Source of the DNA: Candidatus Acidiferrum sp.
Lineage (GTDB): Bacteria; Acidobacteriota; Terriglobia; Acidiferrales; UBA7541
Direction of reading: 5' to 3'
NCBI GenBank assembly: GCA_035272765.1
Contig: DATEQG010000028.1
Span: 14,068-78,067, forward strand
DNA length: 64,000 bases
A program made the position numbers and the translations under genes. This document shows, piece after piece, positions 41,194 to 51,200 of the stretch (the first letter of the stretch is position 1; every line of letters starts with the position of its first letter). Below the pieces are notes generated by a model. It ran no database searches, was not told the origin of the DNA, and saw nothing but the letters and a program-made list of their open reading frames with translations.

Positions 41194-42722
41194 AGGTTGG
41201 ACGCCGAAAATTTCTCCGCTCCGGCAGCGCAGCCCTAGTTGGACTCTCACTCAAATCAGATCGTCCCATCACAGGATCCTTCGTCAACGATTCCTTCCAG
41301 ATGGGGCATCTCCTGCGCGATCGCGCCTCTTTTCCTCCCGCAAAGCGCGTCGAGAAATTTCCAGTCGCTATCGTTGGTGGTGGCATCGCCGGTCTCAGCG
41401 CCGCCTGGCGCCTGCGCAAACGCGGCTTCAACGATTTCGTCCTCCTGGAAATGAATCCGCAAGCCGGAGGCAACGCACGTTGGGGCGAAAACGAAATCAC
41501 CGCCTATCCGTGGGCCGCGCACTATGTCCCTGTCCCCGGCCCCAAAGCCGAATTCGCCCGCGAACTGTTCGAAGATCTCGACGTCCTGAAAAATGGCCAG
41601 TGGGAACAGCGCGACCTCTGTTTCGCGCCGCAAGAACGTCTTTTCCTCTACGGCCGCTGGCAGGAGGGTATCGAGCCAGCCATTGGCCTCACGCAAAAAG
41701 ATCGCGACCAGTTCCAGCATCTCGAAGATCTCTTCGCAAAATTCCGCGCCGGCGGCGAATTCACCATCCCTCTTGAGCTCGGCCGTTCCGCGAAGTTTCA
41801 GGATTTGGATCGCCTCTCTTTTTCTGACTGGCTCCAGCAGCAAGGCTGCGATTCGCGTTTGGTGAACTGGTACATGAACTACGCCTGCCGCGATGATTAC
41901 GGCGCGCTCGCCAAAGACACCTCCGCCTGGGCTGGCATCCACTATTTTTCCTCCCGCGAAGCCGAAGAAAGAGGCCCCCTCACTTGGCCCGAAGGCAACG
42001 GCTGGATCACCCGCCGCCTTCTCGAACGGGTCGGCGAAAACGTTCGCACCAACCAAATGGTCCATCGCATCGCGGAAACAAAACGCGGCGTCAGCGTCTT
42101 CTCCGGCGACAAGGAATTTCAATCCGAATTTGTGATCTTCGCCGCGCCCACATTCCTGGCTCCGTATTTGGTCGATGGTTTTCCGCATCTGCACGATTTC
42201 GTCTATTCCCCGTGGCTCACCGCCAATCTCACGCTTGAGCGTCTCCCCGATTCCCGCGGCGCGGAACCCACCTGGGACACCGTCTTTCTCGACTCTCCGA
42301 CTCTCGGCTACGTCGACGCGACACACCAAAGCCTTCGCACGCACATTGACCGCACCGTCTGGACCTTCTACTGGGCCCTGGCGGACGGCACGCCAGCGCA
42401 AAATCGCCAGCTTCTCCTCGACAAGGATTGGAACTACTGGAAGGAAGCCATTCTCCACGATCTCGAGCGTGTCCACTTCGACATCCGCCGGTGCGTCTCG
42501 CGCATCGACCTCATGCGTATGGGCCATGCCATGATCCGCCCCACCGTCGGCTCCGTCTTCTCCGAAGAGCGCCTCCGCTTGACGCGCCGCGCACCGCGCA
42601 CCGATTCTCGTCTGCTATTCGCCAATTCCGACTTGAGCAGCATTTCGATCTTCGAAGAAGCCCAATACCACGGCGTACTCGCGGCTCAATCTATTTTCGA
42701 ACGCCTCCACGCCCATCGTTAG
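41190..42722 (+). CDS. Flavin-dependent amine-oxidase-like protein with Tat-like N-terminus
   Basis: TTG start overlapping speE stop; GRRKFL; IVGGGIAGLSAA; PWAAHYVP; YACRDDYG; FEEAQYHG. Confidence 0.85.
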   Translation: MKVGRRKFLRSGSAALVGLSLKSDRPITGSFVNDSFQMGHLLRDRASFPPAKRVEKFPVAIVGGGIAGLSAAWRLRKRGFNDFVLLEMNPQAGGNARWGENEITAYPWAAHYVPVPGPKAEFARELFEDLDVLKNGQWEQRDLCFAPQERLFLYGRWQEGIEPAIGLTQKDRDQFQHLEDLFAKFRAGGEFTIPLELGRSAKFQDLDRLSFSDWLQQQGCDSRLVNWYMNYACRDDYGALAKDTSAWAGIHYFSSREAEERGPLTWPEGNGWITRRLLERVGENVRTNQMVHRIAETKRGVSVFSGDKEFQSEFVIFAAPTFLAPYLVDGFPHLHDFVYSPWLTANLTLERLPDSRGAEPTWDTVFLDSPTLGYVDATHQSLRTHIDRTVWTFYWALADGTPAQNRQLLLDKDWNYWKEAILHDLERVHFDIRRCVSRIDLMRMGHAMIRPTVGSVFSEERLRLTRRAPRTDSRLLFANSDLSSISIFEEAQYHGVLAAQSIFERLHAHR

Positions 42723-42840
42723 CCACGCAAGAACACGCGAACCCGTCTCTGGAATCCTCAAATAATTTTTGTGCATCCAATCCAAATGGACGTGCGTACT
42801 ATATAAGTGAGCTTTTTTGCTCGTCTTCTGGAAGGAATAG

Positions 42841-43809
42841 ATGTTGCCGCAAAGAAAACCGGAACTGACCTACGCGGACGTCACGCCCAAAGATCTCTAC
42901 TTCAACCGGCGCAAATTCCTCAAGTCCATGGGCATTGCTGGCGCGGCAGCGGTTGCCGGTAAGAATCTTCTGGACCTTTTCTCCCCGCCGCGAAACGTCT
43001 ATGCCGGCGCGAAATTTACCAACCTCGCGAAAAGTCCTTTCAGCACCACAGAAAAACAGAACACCCTGGAAGAAGTAACCCATTACAACAATTTCTACGA
43101 ATTCGGAGTCGACAAAACCGACCCTGCAAAGAACGCGCAGAAATTCCGCACCTCACCCTGGGCCGTCTCCGTCGAAGGCGAAGTCAAAACCAAGCGCAAA
43201 TTCAGCATGGACGAAATCCTCAAGCTCGCTCCTCTCGAAGAGCGAATCTACCGCCACCGCTGTGTGGAAGGCTGGTCGATTGTTGTCCCCTGGATTGGCT
43301 TCTCCTTCAGTACTCTCGCCAAACTTGTCGAGCCAACTCCCAAAGCCCAATTCGTGGCCTTTGAATCGTATTGGGATTTGGGCCAAATGCCGAAAGCGCG
43401 GCCGGAATTGGCCGGCATCGAATTCCCCTACGTCGAGGGCTTGCGCATCGACGAGGCCATGCATCCGCTCACTCTTCTATGTGTCGGTATGTACGATGAC
43501 TTGCTCCCGAATCAGGACGGTGCGCCTGTCCGCATGGTCATTCCTTGGAAATACGGTTTCAAGAGCATCAAGTCGCTCGTCAAAATTAAATTTGTCGCCA
43601 AGGAACCGCCCACAACCTGGAATCTCGCCAACGCTCGCGAATACGGTTTCTACTCCAACGTGAACCCAAACGTGGATCATCCCCGCTGGTCGCAGGCAAA
43701 AGAGCGCCGGCTCGGCGAAATCTTCAAGCGCAACACCCTCATGTTCAACGGTTATCAAGACCAGGTCGCCAGCCTCTACACCGGCATGGACCTGAAGAAA
43801 TATTACTGA
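42841..43809 (+). CDS. msrP: Protein-methionine-sulfoxide reductase catalytic subunit
   Basis: NRRKFL Tat signal; YNNFYEFG, RHRCVEGWS, GAPVRMVIPWKYGFKSIK, EYGFYSNVNP, HPRWSQ. Confidence 0.96.
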   Translation: MLPQRKPELTYADVTPKDLYFNRRKFLKSMGIAGAAAVAGKNLLDLFSPPRNVYAGAKFTNLAKSPFSTTEKQNTLEEVTHYNNFYEFGVDKTDPAKNAQKFRTSPWAVSVEGEVKTKRKFSMDEILKLAPLEERIYRHRCVEGWSIVVPWIGFSFSTLAKLVEPTPKAQFVAFESYWDLGQMPKARPELAGIEFPYVEGLRIDEAMHPLTLLCVGMYDDLLPNQDGAPVRMVIPWKYGFKSIKSLVKIKFVAKEPPTTWNLANAREYGFYSNVNPNVDHPRWSQAKERRLGEIFKRNTLMFNGYQDQVASLYTGMDLKKYY

Positions 43810-43823
43810 GGCTGACTCGCAGC

Positions 43824-44468
43824 GTGCTCACAATTCTCGCCAACAAGTGGGCCAAAGTTCCCGTCTTCCTTCTTTGCCTTGTGCCCCTCGGTATTTTGGT
43901 CTGGCGCGGCTTCACCGCTAGCCTCGGCGCGAATCCCGTCGAATTTATTCAACACGCCACGGGCGATTGGACGCTTCGCTTCCTCGTCCTAACTCTCTGC
44001 ATCACGCCTTTCCGCAAACTCCTCAAGCTCCCCGATCTCATTCGCTTTCGCCGCATGCTCGGCCTTTTCGCATTCTTGTATGCTTGTCTCCACTTCCTCA
44101 CCTATCTCGGCCCCGACCAGAGTTTCGATCTGGCATCCATCTGGAAAGACATCGCCAAGCGCCCCTTCATCACGGTCGGCTTCACCGCTTTCATCCTGAT
44201 GATTCCCTTGGCGCTCACCTCAACCGCCGGATGGATCCGGCGTCTCGGCGGAAGCCGCTGGCAAATGCTCCATCGACTAATCTACATCAGCGCGATTTGT
44301 GGTGTGATTCACTACTACTGGCTGGTGAAATCCGCCGTGCTTCGCCCGTTAACCTATGGCGCAATCGTTGCCGCTCTCCTGCTTTGGCGCGTCATAGACT
44401 GGTTCCTCCGCCGCGGCCGCGCAATCAAAGCCACTGCTAAAACGCGGCGCGCTCCCGCAAACACCTAG
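43824..44468 (+). CDS. msrQ: Heme-binding membrane subunit of MsrPQ
   Basis: LGANPVE, RRMLGLFAFLYACLH, PLALTS, WQMLHRLIY, IHYYW. Confidence 0.94.
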   Translation: MLTILANKWAKVPVFLLCLVPLGILVWRGFTASLGANPVEFIQHATGDWTLRFLVLTLCITPFRKLLKLPDLIRFRRMLGLFAFLYACLHFLTYLGPDQSFDLASIWKDIAKRPFITVGFTAFILMIPLALTSTAGWIRRLGGSRWQMLHRLIYISAICGVIHYYWLVKSAVLRPLTYGAIVAALLLWRVIDWFLRRGRAIKATAKTRRAPANT

Positions 44469-44513
44469 CAAGTCAAAATTTTAATTGGAATTATTTCCCG
44501 CGATTGAATTCCT

Positions 44514-44537
44514 GTAGGGGCCGGGCTTGCCACGCCC
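44514..44537 (+). repeat. GTAG-family REP-like palindrome
   Basis: GTAGGGGCCGGGCTTGCCACGCCC between convergent genes. Confidence 0.6.
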
Positions 44538-44559
44538 GCGCGGTCCGATAGCTCGAACC

Positions 44560-44919
44560 CTAATGAACGGCGGACGCTTCGTCTCCCTGCTTCGACAGCT
44601 CACTGAACTCCAATCCCCAAAACCGCGGGGCCGGCGTCAGAAACTCCACGCCGATCCTCTGCCCTCTCTCGCAGGGCTCTCCCTGATACACGACGCGGCA
44701 CTCCTGCTCCTCCAAAGTTTCCGGGTTCGTCAAAACGAGCATCTCCCCGTTATCAATCTCGTGCTTCATCATCAGCAAACCGCCGTGCGCGTTCACCACC
44801 ACGGTCTCGCACGACTCTTTGAACTTTTTTCCGTTGTGCGCGCGGCCTTGCGCCTGCAACCGCATCTTGTGAAACGCCCGCCCGCTGCGCCGGTGTGTTG
44901 GAGAGGTTGTTCCATTCAT
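44560..44919 (-). CDS. Stand-alone PilZ-like domain protein
   Basis: RRSGR (RxxxR), VVNAHGG (D/NxSxxG-like), CRVVY, IGVEF. Confidence 0.7.
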   Translation of the reverse strand: MNGTTSPTHRRSGRAFHKMRLQAQGRAHNGKKFKESCETVVVNAHGGLLMMKHEIDNGEMLVLTNPETLEEQECRVVYQGEPCERGQRIGVEFLTPAPRFWGLEFSELSKQGDEASAVH

Positions 44920-45295
44920 ACCGCCATCATCGAACGCTTCCGCAAACACCGTAAACTGGCCCTCGGGACAGGTGTTCCCCACAAGCAACCGGCCGAGGCG
45001 CTGGGGCATTCCACAATCCGGCTCCGCGGCAAGTTCATCCCAGCGGAGAACTCCCCAGAACGGTCCTTGAACGAATCCGCCGGCATTCAAAATCAGATTC
45101 CCGATGAATTGCATTTTTCGTGTATTTAGTCTGTCGAGCAAACGTAGTTTTTTGCCACCGCGCGGCAAGGACCGACATGTGTAAGGCGAATGTTCATTCA
45201 CCTGCCCCTGCGTACCATTGACGGCAGCCCCATGCCCCGATAGTTTTTGGATCACCCAAAAAATCCCTCCAACTTCGCGCCCACGGGGGCAATCC

Positions 45296-48028
45296 ATGTC
45301 TCGATCATTGATTCGGTTGATACTCTACGTTACCGCGCTCATCTGTCTTTTTGCCTTGGCATCGCCCAGTGGATTCGCCCAAACGGCCCCAACCCTGACT
45401 GTTGACGCCGCCGGAAATCCACATCCAATCAATCCCGACATTTACGGCATCGCTAGCTACAGCCTGGACTCCGGTTTTGCGAAAGAAATTCAGGTTCCCA
45501 ATGTCCGCTGGGGCGGCGACGCAACAACTCGTTACAACTGGCAAGTCGATTCCAGCAACGCAGGCTTCGATTGGTATTTCATGGGTGGCAACGGACAAGC
45601 GACCCCGGTCCCAAGCGCTTCCGCCGATCTGATGGTCAACACTTACAAGTCGGCATCGAACGCCCACGCCTTGCTCACCATTCCAATCATCCCCTATGTG
45701 AATAAAACGGCCGCGTGGAATTGCAGTTTTCCTGTCTCCGTATATGGCCCGCAGCAATCCACCAATCCCTACGTTCACCCCAATGGCGACAGCTGCGGCA
45801 ACAGTCTCACAACGAGTGGGGCCCAGCTAATCGACAACAATATTTATGCCAACCATATCGATAACACCGTCGCGTTGCAGCAAGGTTGGGTGCAACATTT
45901 CATTGCAACGTTCGGCACCGCCGCAAACGGCGGCGTTCCTTACTACCAACTGGATAATGAGCCAGGAGGCTGGAGCAACACGCACCGTGACGTAGAACCC
46001 AATCAGCCGAACTACGACACGATCATTGCCCTCGGCCAGCAATACGCCGCAATGGTCAAACAAACAGATTCTTCCGCGAAAGTTTTAGGTCCCGTGGATT
46101 TCACGCTCGGCGGATGGATCGGAACTCCCAACCAACAGAACAATCTTTACGCGGGTCAATATTATTTGCAGCAGATGGCCGCCTACGACCAGACCAATCA
46201 TCAACGCATTCTGGATTACTTCGACGAACACTATTATGGAGGCGGCTCGACGGACGCCGCGGAACTTGCCTCCACCCGTGCGCTTTGGGATCCCACATTT
46301 AATTCGGGAAGCTGGGTCGAACAATACTATTTCGATGGACCGATGATGCTTCTCCCCCGCTTTCAAAATTGGATTCAGACCTACTATCCAGGAACGAAAC
46401 TCTCGATTTCCGAGTACAGCTTCAGCAGCGGAACCAATCCGCTAGTGGATGCGCTCACGGAGGCGGATGTGCTCGGCATTTACGGGCGCGAGGGCCTGGA
46501 TTTCGCGAATTTGTGGAGTGTGCCTCAACCGACCGATGCTGTCGCGTACAGTTTCCGTGTGTATCGGAACTATGACGGCGCGGGCGGACAATTTGGAGAC
46601 AGCTCAGTAACCTCGACAAGCACCGATCAAGGCCAGCTTTCTGTTTACGGCGCAATGCGCTCAAGCGACGGCGCCCTCACCGTCATCGCCATCAACAAGA
46701 CCACAAGCCTGATTCAAACAAGCCTGAGCCTCGCCAATTTTAATTCGGCAGCCACGGCCAATCCCTACACCTACAGCAACGCCAACATGACGCAAATTGT
46801 TGCCGGGGCCGCCGTTCCCGTTGTGTCCAATACCGTGAACTACAATTTTCCGGCGTATTCTGCAACGGTCTTTGTGTTTACGGCTGCAACCTCTTCGACC
46901 GCTGCGACAACCACTTCCCTCGTCACATCATCCGCCAGCATCACTTTGGGGCAGAGTGTCGCGTTTACCGCAACAGTTACTCCTGCATCGGGAACGAGTA
47001 CTCCCACTGGCACCGTGACCTTCAACGACGGCGCGGCACAAATAGGCACAGGCACTCTGAACTCTTCCGGATCAGCAACATTCAGTACGTCTGGACTCGC
47101 TGTTGGCTCTCATTCCGTGACCGCGGTTTATTCAGGTGACTCGAATTTTTCAACCTCCACTTCGGCCGCAGTATCGGTCACCGTTTCAGCTCCGGCTAAA
47201 ACCGCAACTACCACTTCTCTTACTGCCTCCGCGACACAACTGTCGACCGGGCAAAGCGTCACCTTCACTGCGTCGGCCGCGGCGCAATCAGGATCCGGTA
47301 CACCGACTGGCTCTGTCATCTTTCTGGATGGGCAATCCCAGATTGGCGCGTCGCTGCTTAGCGCGGGCTCTTCCTCACTCACCAGTACTGGTCTCTCGGC
47401 AGGAACTCATTCCATCACTGCGGCTTATTCTGGCGACGCGAACTATGCTGGATCTACCTCTGCTCCCGTCTCGATCACTGTGGCAGCGGCGCCGGCGCCC
47501 GACTACTCGTTATCTATCAGCAGCTCGTCGCTCACAGTTGCGCAGGGAGCTTCCGGCAAGCTGACTATCACCGTGACTCCGAAAAATGGATTTACGCAGG
47601 TCCTTGGTCTTGCGTGCTCGGGTTTGCCCGCTGGCGGAACTTGCGCCTTTAGCCCACAAACTGTAAATCCCGCGGCTGGCGCTGTTTCAGCAGCTCTCAC
47701 TGTCCAAGCGCCCGCCACCCAAAACGCAATTCTGCTGATCGAACCATTCTTCGCTTCCGGTAATGCAGCCTTATACATTCTTGCCATGCTGCTCATGGGA
47801 ATCGCCGGAACTTCGGTAAACAAGTGGTGGGTTAGAGGAAACGTCCGATTAGCTCAGCCAATTCTGGCATCCATTATCTTCGCCGCATTGTTGGCAACCG
47901 CAGGTTGCGCGGGTCTCGCCTCTCCCCAAAACCAACCCCAGTCGACTTCTTACGCAGTCACCGTTACGGCCTCAGCCGTGAACGCACCGACACACACCCA
48001 GCAGTTTACTTTCTATGTGAGACCTTAA
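45296..48028 (+). CDS. Secreted GH44 endoglucanase/xyloglucanase with Ig-like (Big_3) repeats and a C-terminal membrane anchor
   Basis: Signal peptide; RWGGDATTRYNW, LDNEPG, DEHYY, ISEY, YRNYDG; two TTTSL...PTG.V.F.DG...G.HS.TA.YSGD repeats. Confidence 0.9.
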   Translation: MSRSLIRLILYVTALICLFALASPSGFAQTAPTLTVDAAGNPHPINPDIYGIASYSLDSGFAKEIQVPNVRWGGDATTRYNWQVDSSNAGFDWYFMGGNGQATPVPSASADLMVNTYKSASNAHALLTIPIIPYVNKTAAWNCSFPVSVYGPQQSTNPYVHPNGDSCGNSLTTSGAQLIDNNIYANHIDNTVALQQGWVQHFIATFGTAANGGVPYYQLDNEPGGWSNTHRDVEPNQPNYDTIIALGQQYAAMVKQTDSSAKVLGPVDFTLGGWIGTPNQQNNLYAGQYYLQQMAAYDQTNHQRILDYFDEHYYGGGSTDAAELASTRALWDPTFNSGSWVEQYYFDGPMMLLPRFQNWIQTYYPGTKLSISEYSFSSGTNPLVDALTEADVLGIYGREGLDFANLWSVPQPTDAVAYSFRVYRNYDGAGGQFGDSSVTSTSTDQGQLSVYGAMRSSDGALTVIAINKTTSLIQTSLSLANFNSAATANPYTYSNANMTQIVAGAAVPVVSNTVNYNFPAYSATVFVFTAATSSTAATTTSLVTSSASITLGQSVAFTATVTPASGTSTPTGTVTFNDGAAQIGTGTLNSSGSATFSTSGLAVGSHSVTAVYSGDSNFSTSTSAAVSVTVSAPAKTATTTSLTASATQLSTGQSVTFTASAAAQSGSGTPTGSVIFLDGQSQIGASLLSAGSSSLTSTGLSAGTHSITAAYSGDANYAGSTSAPVSITVAAAPAPDYSLSISSSSLTVAQGASGKLTITVTPKNGFTQVLGLACSGLPAGGTCAFSPQTVNPAAGAVSAALTVQAPATQNAILLIEPFFASGNAALYILAMLLMGIAGTSVNKWWVRGNVRLAQPILASIIFAALLATAGCAGLASPQNQPQSTSYAVTVTASAVNAPTHTQQFTFYVRP

Positions 48029-48211
48029 TAATCCGTTCCGCTCTGTCGACAGTTAACCGAGAAATTTTGCCTCGAGTGTGCTCTCGTCGTCTCCACGCTC
48101 GACGATTCCTGGAAGCTGAACGCCTCCCGAAACACCTTCACTAGCCTCGGGACGGGTGCTCCCCCTTAACACTGTTCTCCCCCAGCGGCTCAAAGCCCCG
48201 GCCTTGCAAGT

Positions 48212-51200
48212 TTAGAATTCCAGCCGCATCTGAAACGCGATCATCCGAGGCGTGCTATCGCCGCCCAACCCGACTCCGAGTAAGCCGGTCGGCGGAGATG
48301 TCGTGTAGGTCAGCGCTCCAAACCCGGTCTGCGTCGAAGGCTTCCCGGGGATTCCGGCGAGCACCATACTTGGCAGTCCGAAATTCGGATGGTTGAACAC
48401 GTTGAAAAACTGTGTGTCAAACCGCAGTTTTAATCGTTCCCTCAATGGAAACGATTTCGTCAAATAGAAGTCGCTCCACGTGAAGTCCGGCCCGCGCAGC
48501 GCATTGCGCCCAAGATTGCCGAATTGGCAATTCTTCGCGCTGTCCCCGCCCGCGCATGCTCCCGTACTCGGATCAACCGCCGACACGAATGCGTTTGGAT
48601 TTAACCATTGCACCGTGCCCGGCTGCGTGACGCCAGCAATCGGATTGTGCTCATAGAGCGGCACGCCGGGAACCACACTAGCAAACTGCGGCCCGCTGCC
48701 GTTCACAATGCCATTCCCGTTTGCTGAGTAGGGCGTGCTCAGAACTGAAAACGGAATTCCGCTATGCCAAAATAAAGTTCCCGATACCTGCCAGCCGTTC
48801 AACACATATCTCAAACTCCCGTTTCGCACCTTCATCGGTAAAGAATAAACATATTGCGCATTCAAATTGCTTCGGATGTCGTAATCACAGGGACCATAAT
48901 CGCGCGCCAGGTCTCCCGGTAGCGGCGAAAGAATTCCTCCCGCGGAAAACTGCAAGAATCCGCCATTGGAAACCGTGTCCATGCATCGGCTCCACGTGTA
49001 GTTCATTTGTCCCATCAAGCCGTTTCCGAACCGTTTCTGTGCGGTGATTTGCAATCCGTCGTAATGGCTATTGGCGCCGGTCGAAAACTGCGTCACGGCT
49101 CCAAATCGCGGATCGGTGGACTGCTCATAAGGAAACGGCGCGAAGCAACCCTCGCAGACCGTCTGATGACCGTTCACTTGCGTTAGATAGGGCTGATTCA
49201 CGGCTCGCGTGCCCACATACTGCGCGCGCAAGCTTCCCGTATTTCCCAACTGCTGTTCAAGGCCCAGGCTCCACTCCATGAAGTAAGGCGCATGAAGTTC
49301 TCCATCGGGTACCGCCGTGATGGCGACGGGCGGAAGACACGTGGACGGACTAGCCAGCGGAGAGGCGCAGGAAAGCTGGCCCCGCGAAAATCCGGTAGTA
49401 AACATTTCATTCGCTGCCACGGTGGCGTCAATCGCGCTGTTCAACACTCCTGGCGCGATCGCCGTGCCCCCCGCCGTCCCAAGCAACCCGCCTTGAAAAG
49501 TTTTGACGTAGGGCGGGTTCATCCCGACCACATCGGCGATGCTGCCCGGCAAAATGTCGCTGAAGAGACCGAAGCCCGCGCGCAGCACCGTCTTGGATTG
49601 GAACTGCCACGCGAGGGCCGTTCTTGGCTGCAAGATAGCCACCGGTGTGGAAGAAAACACCTTGTCGAGATGCGTTTGAATGGCGGCGTCGAGCGGCTGA
49701 TTGACGTCGTGCGCAATGGAAGCAAACGAGCCGCCAACCCGCGCGATTTGTTCATGCGGGTTTAATGGGTTGGAATTAAACGTGTCGCGGATACCAAATG
49801 TCCACGTCAGCTTCTTCGTCACTTTCCACGTGTCCTGGGCATAAAAGTCCAGATTAAGAAAGTTGAACGGTTCGTTTGCCGAAGCGGGAAAAGTCTCCGT
49901 TGCCGTCGATGCCACTCCGTAAATATATTGTGGCAAGGTCGTGTACACGACCGTCGGAACAGTTCCCTCTCCGAAGTCATAATCATTCAGCCGGAAAATC
50001 CGGGTGTTCGTCCCGAACCGCAGCTCGTGCGCCCCGTGGCTCCACGCCAGGTTGTCATTGATAAAGAATCGCGAAGCCCGCCGTCCCTGAACCCACGTAT
50101 TGTCCAGTCCTCCGACGGTAGTGAAAGGCGCATTCGCTCCGCTTCCCTGCAACACGATTGGAAAGACGGAAAGAGTCTGCGCAAAATCCGCGGGCCCGAA
50201 TAAGCTCTCGTACCACGAGAATGCCGGGTTGAAATAATTCACAAGATTCTGCGAAAAAACGTGCGTGTATCCCGCTGCGAACGAATATAGCGGCTGCGGC
50301 GAAACCGAGTCGAACATGGCATTAATGGGATCGGTGTAGGCAGCTTGCACGCCGGTATCGGCTTGAAAGCGATACCACGTCGTGTTTTTCTCATTGATGT
50401 TGTAATCGATTCGAGCGGTCTGCACCTGCTCGTGATCGTCGCTCGAATGCGAAACGCTCTGCCGGTTTGCGCAGCCCGTTCCGTCATTCGCAACAACAGG
50501 CGCGCCTCCTCCCGCATCGAACGGGCATCCAAGCACAGCCAGAGGCGTCCCGCTGGTATTTCCGTAAAGTGAAAACATTTTCTGGTAGAAGGGCACCAGT
50601 TGCGGCGAGGGTAGATAGACCGTTCCTGTGACCGTATCTGTCCCACCCAAAGGCAGTTGGTTCAAAACGTAACTCTGAAACGCCGGCGTTGGCACCGTAG
50701 CCGCCGTAACAATCGGCAGCGCAATCCGTACCCATTCGCTGTCGAAGAAAAAAAACAGCTTGTCCCGAACAATCGGGCCGCCCAGGCTCCCGCCGAAGTG
50801 ATTCACCGTCGAGCGTGGCTTGTGATTCCCCGGCGTCGCGTTCGTAAAGAAATCGGCGGCGTTGAACCTCGAACCGTTCCACAGTTCATACAGATTTCCG
50901 TGAAATTGGTTCGAACCCGATTTTGTGACGTAGTTGATCTGCGATGCCCCATAGCGCCCTTGATCGACTGCATACGAGAGTGTATTGACGGTCACCTCCG
51001 AGATCGAATTCAGCCCCAGAACAAGATTTGTTGATAGCCCGCTATTCAAATTTGTCAGCGGATCATTCGTCTCTAGTCCATCGACGATGTATCCATTCGA
51101 AAGCGCTGGCAATCCGTTGAACTCTACATTCCCGTACCCATTCGAGCTGCCCACAAAATCGTTCCCGCTTCCCGCCGTGTTTATAAGCGCCCCGGCAGCA

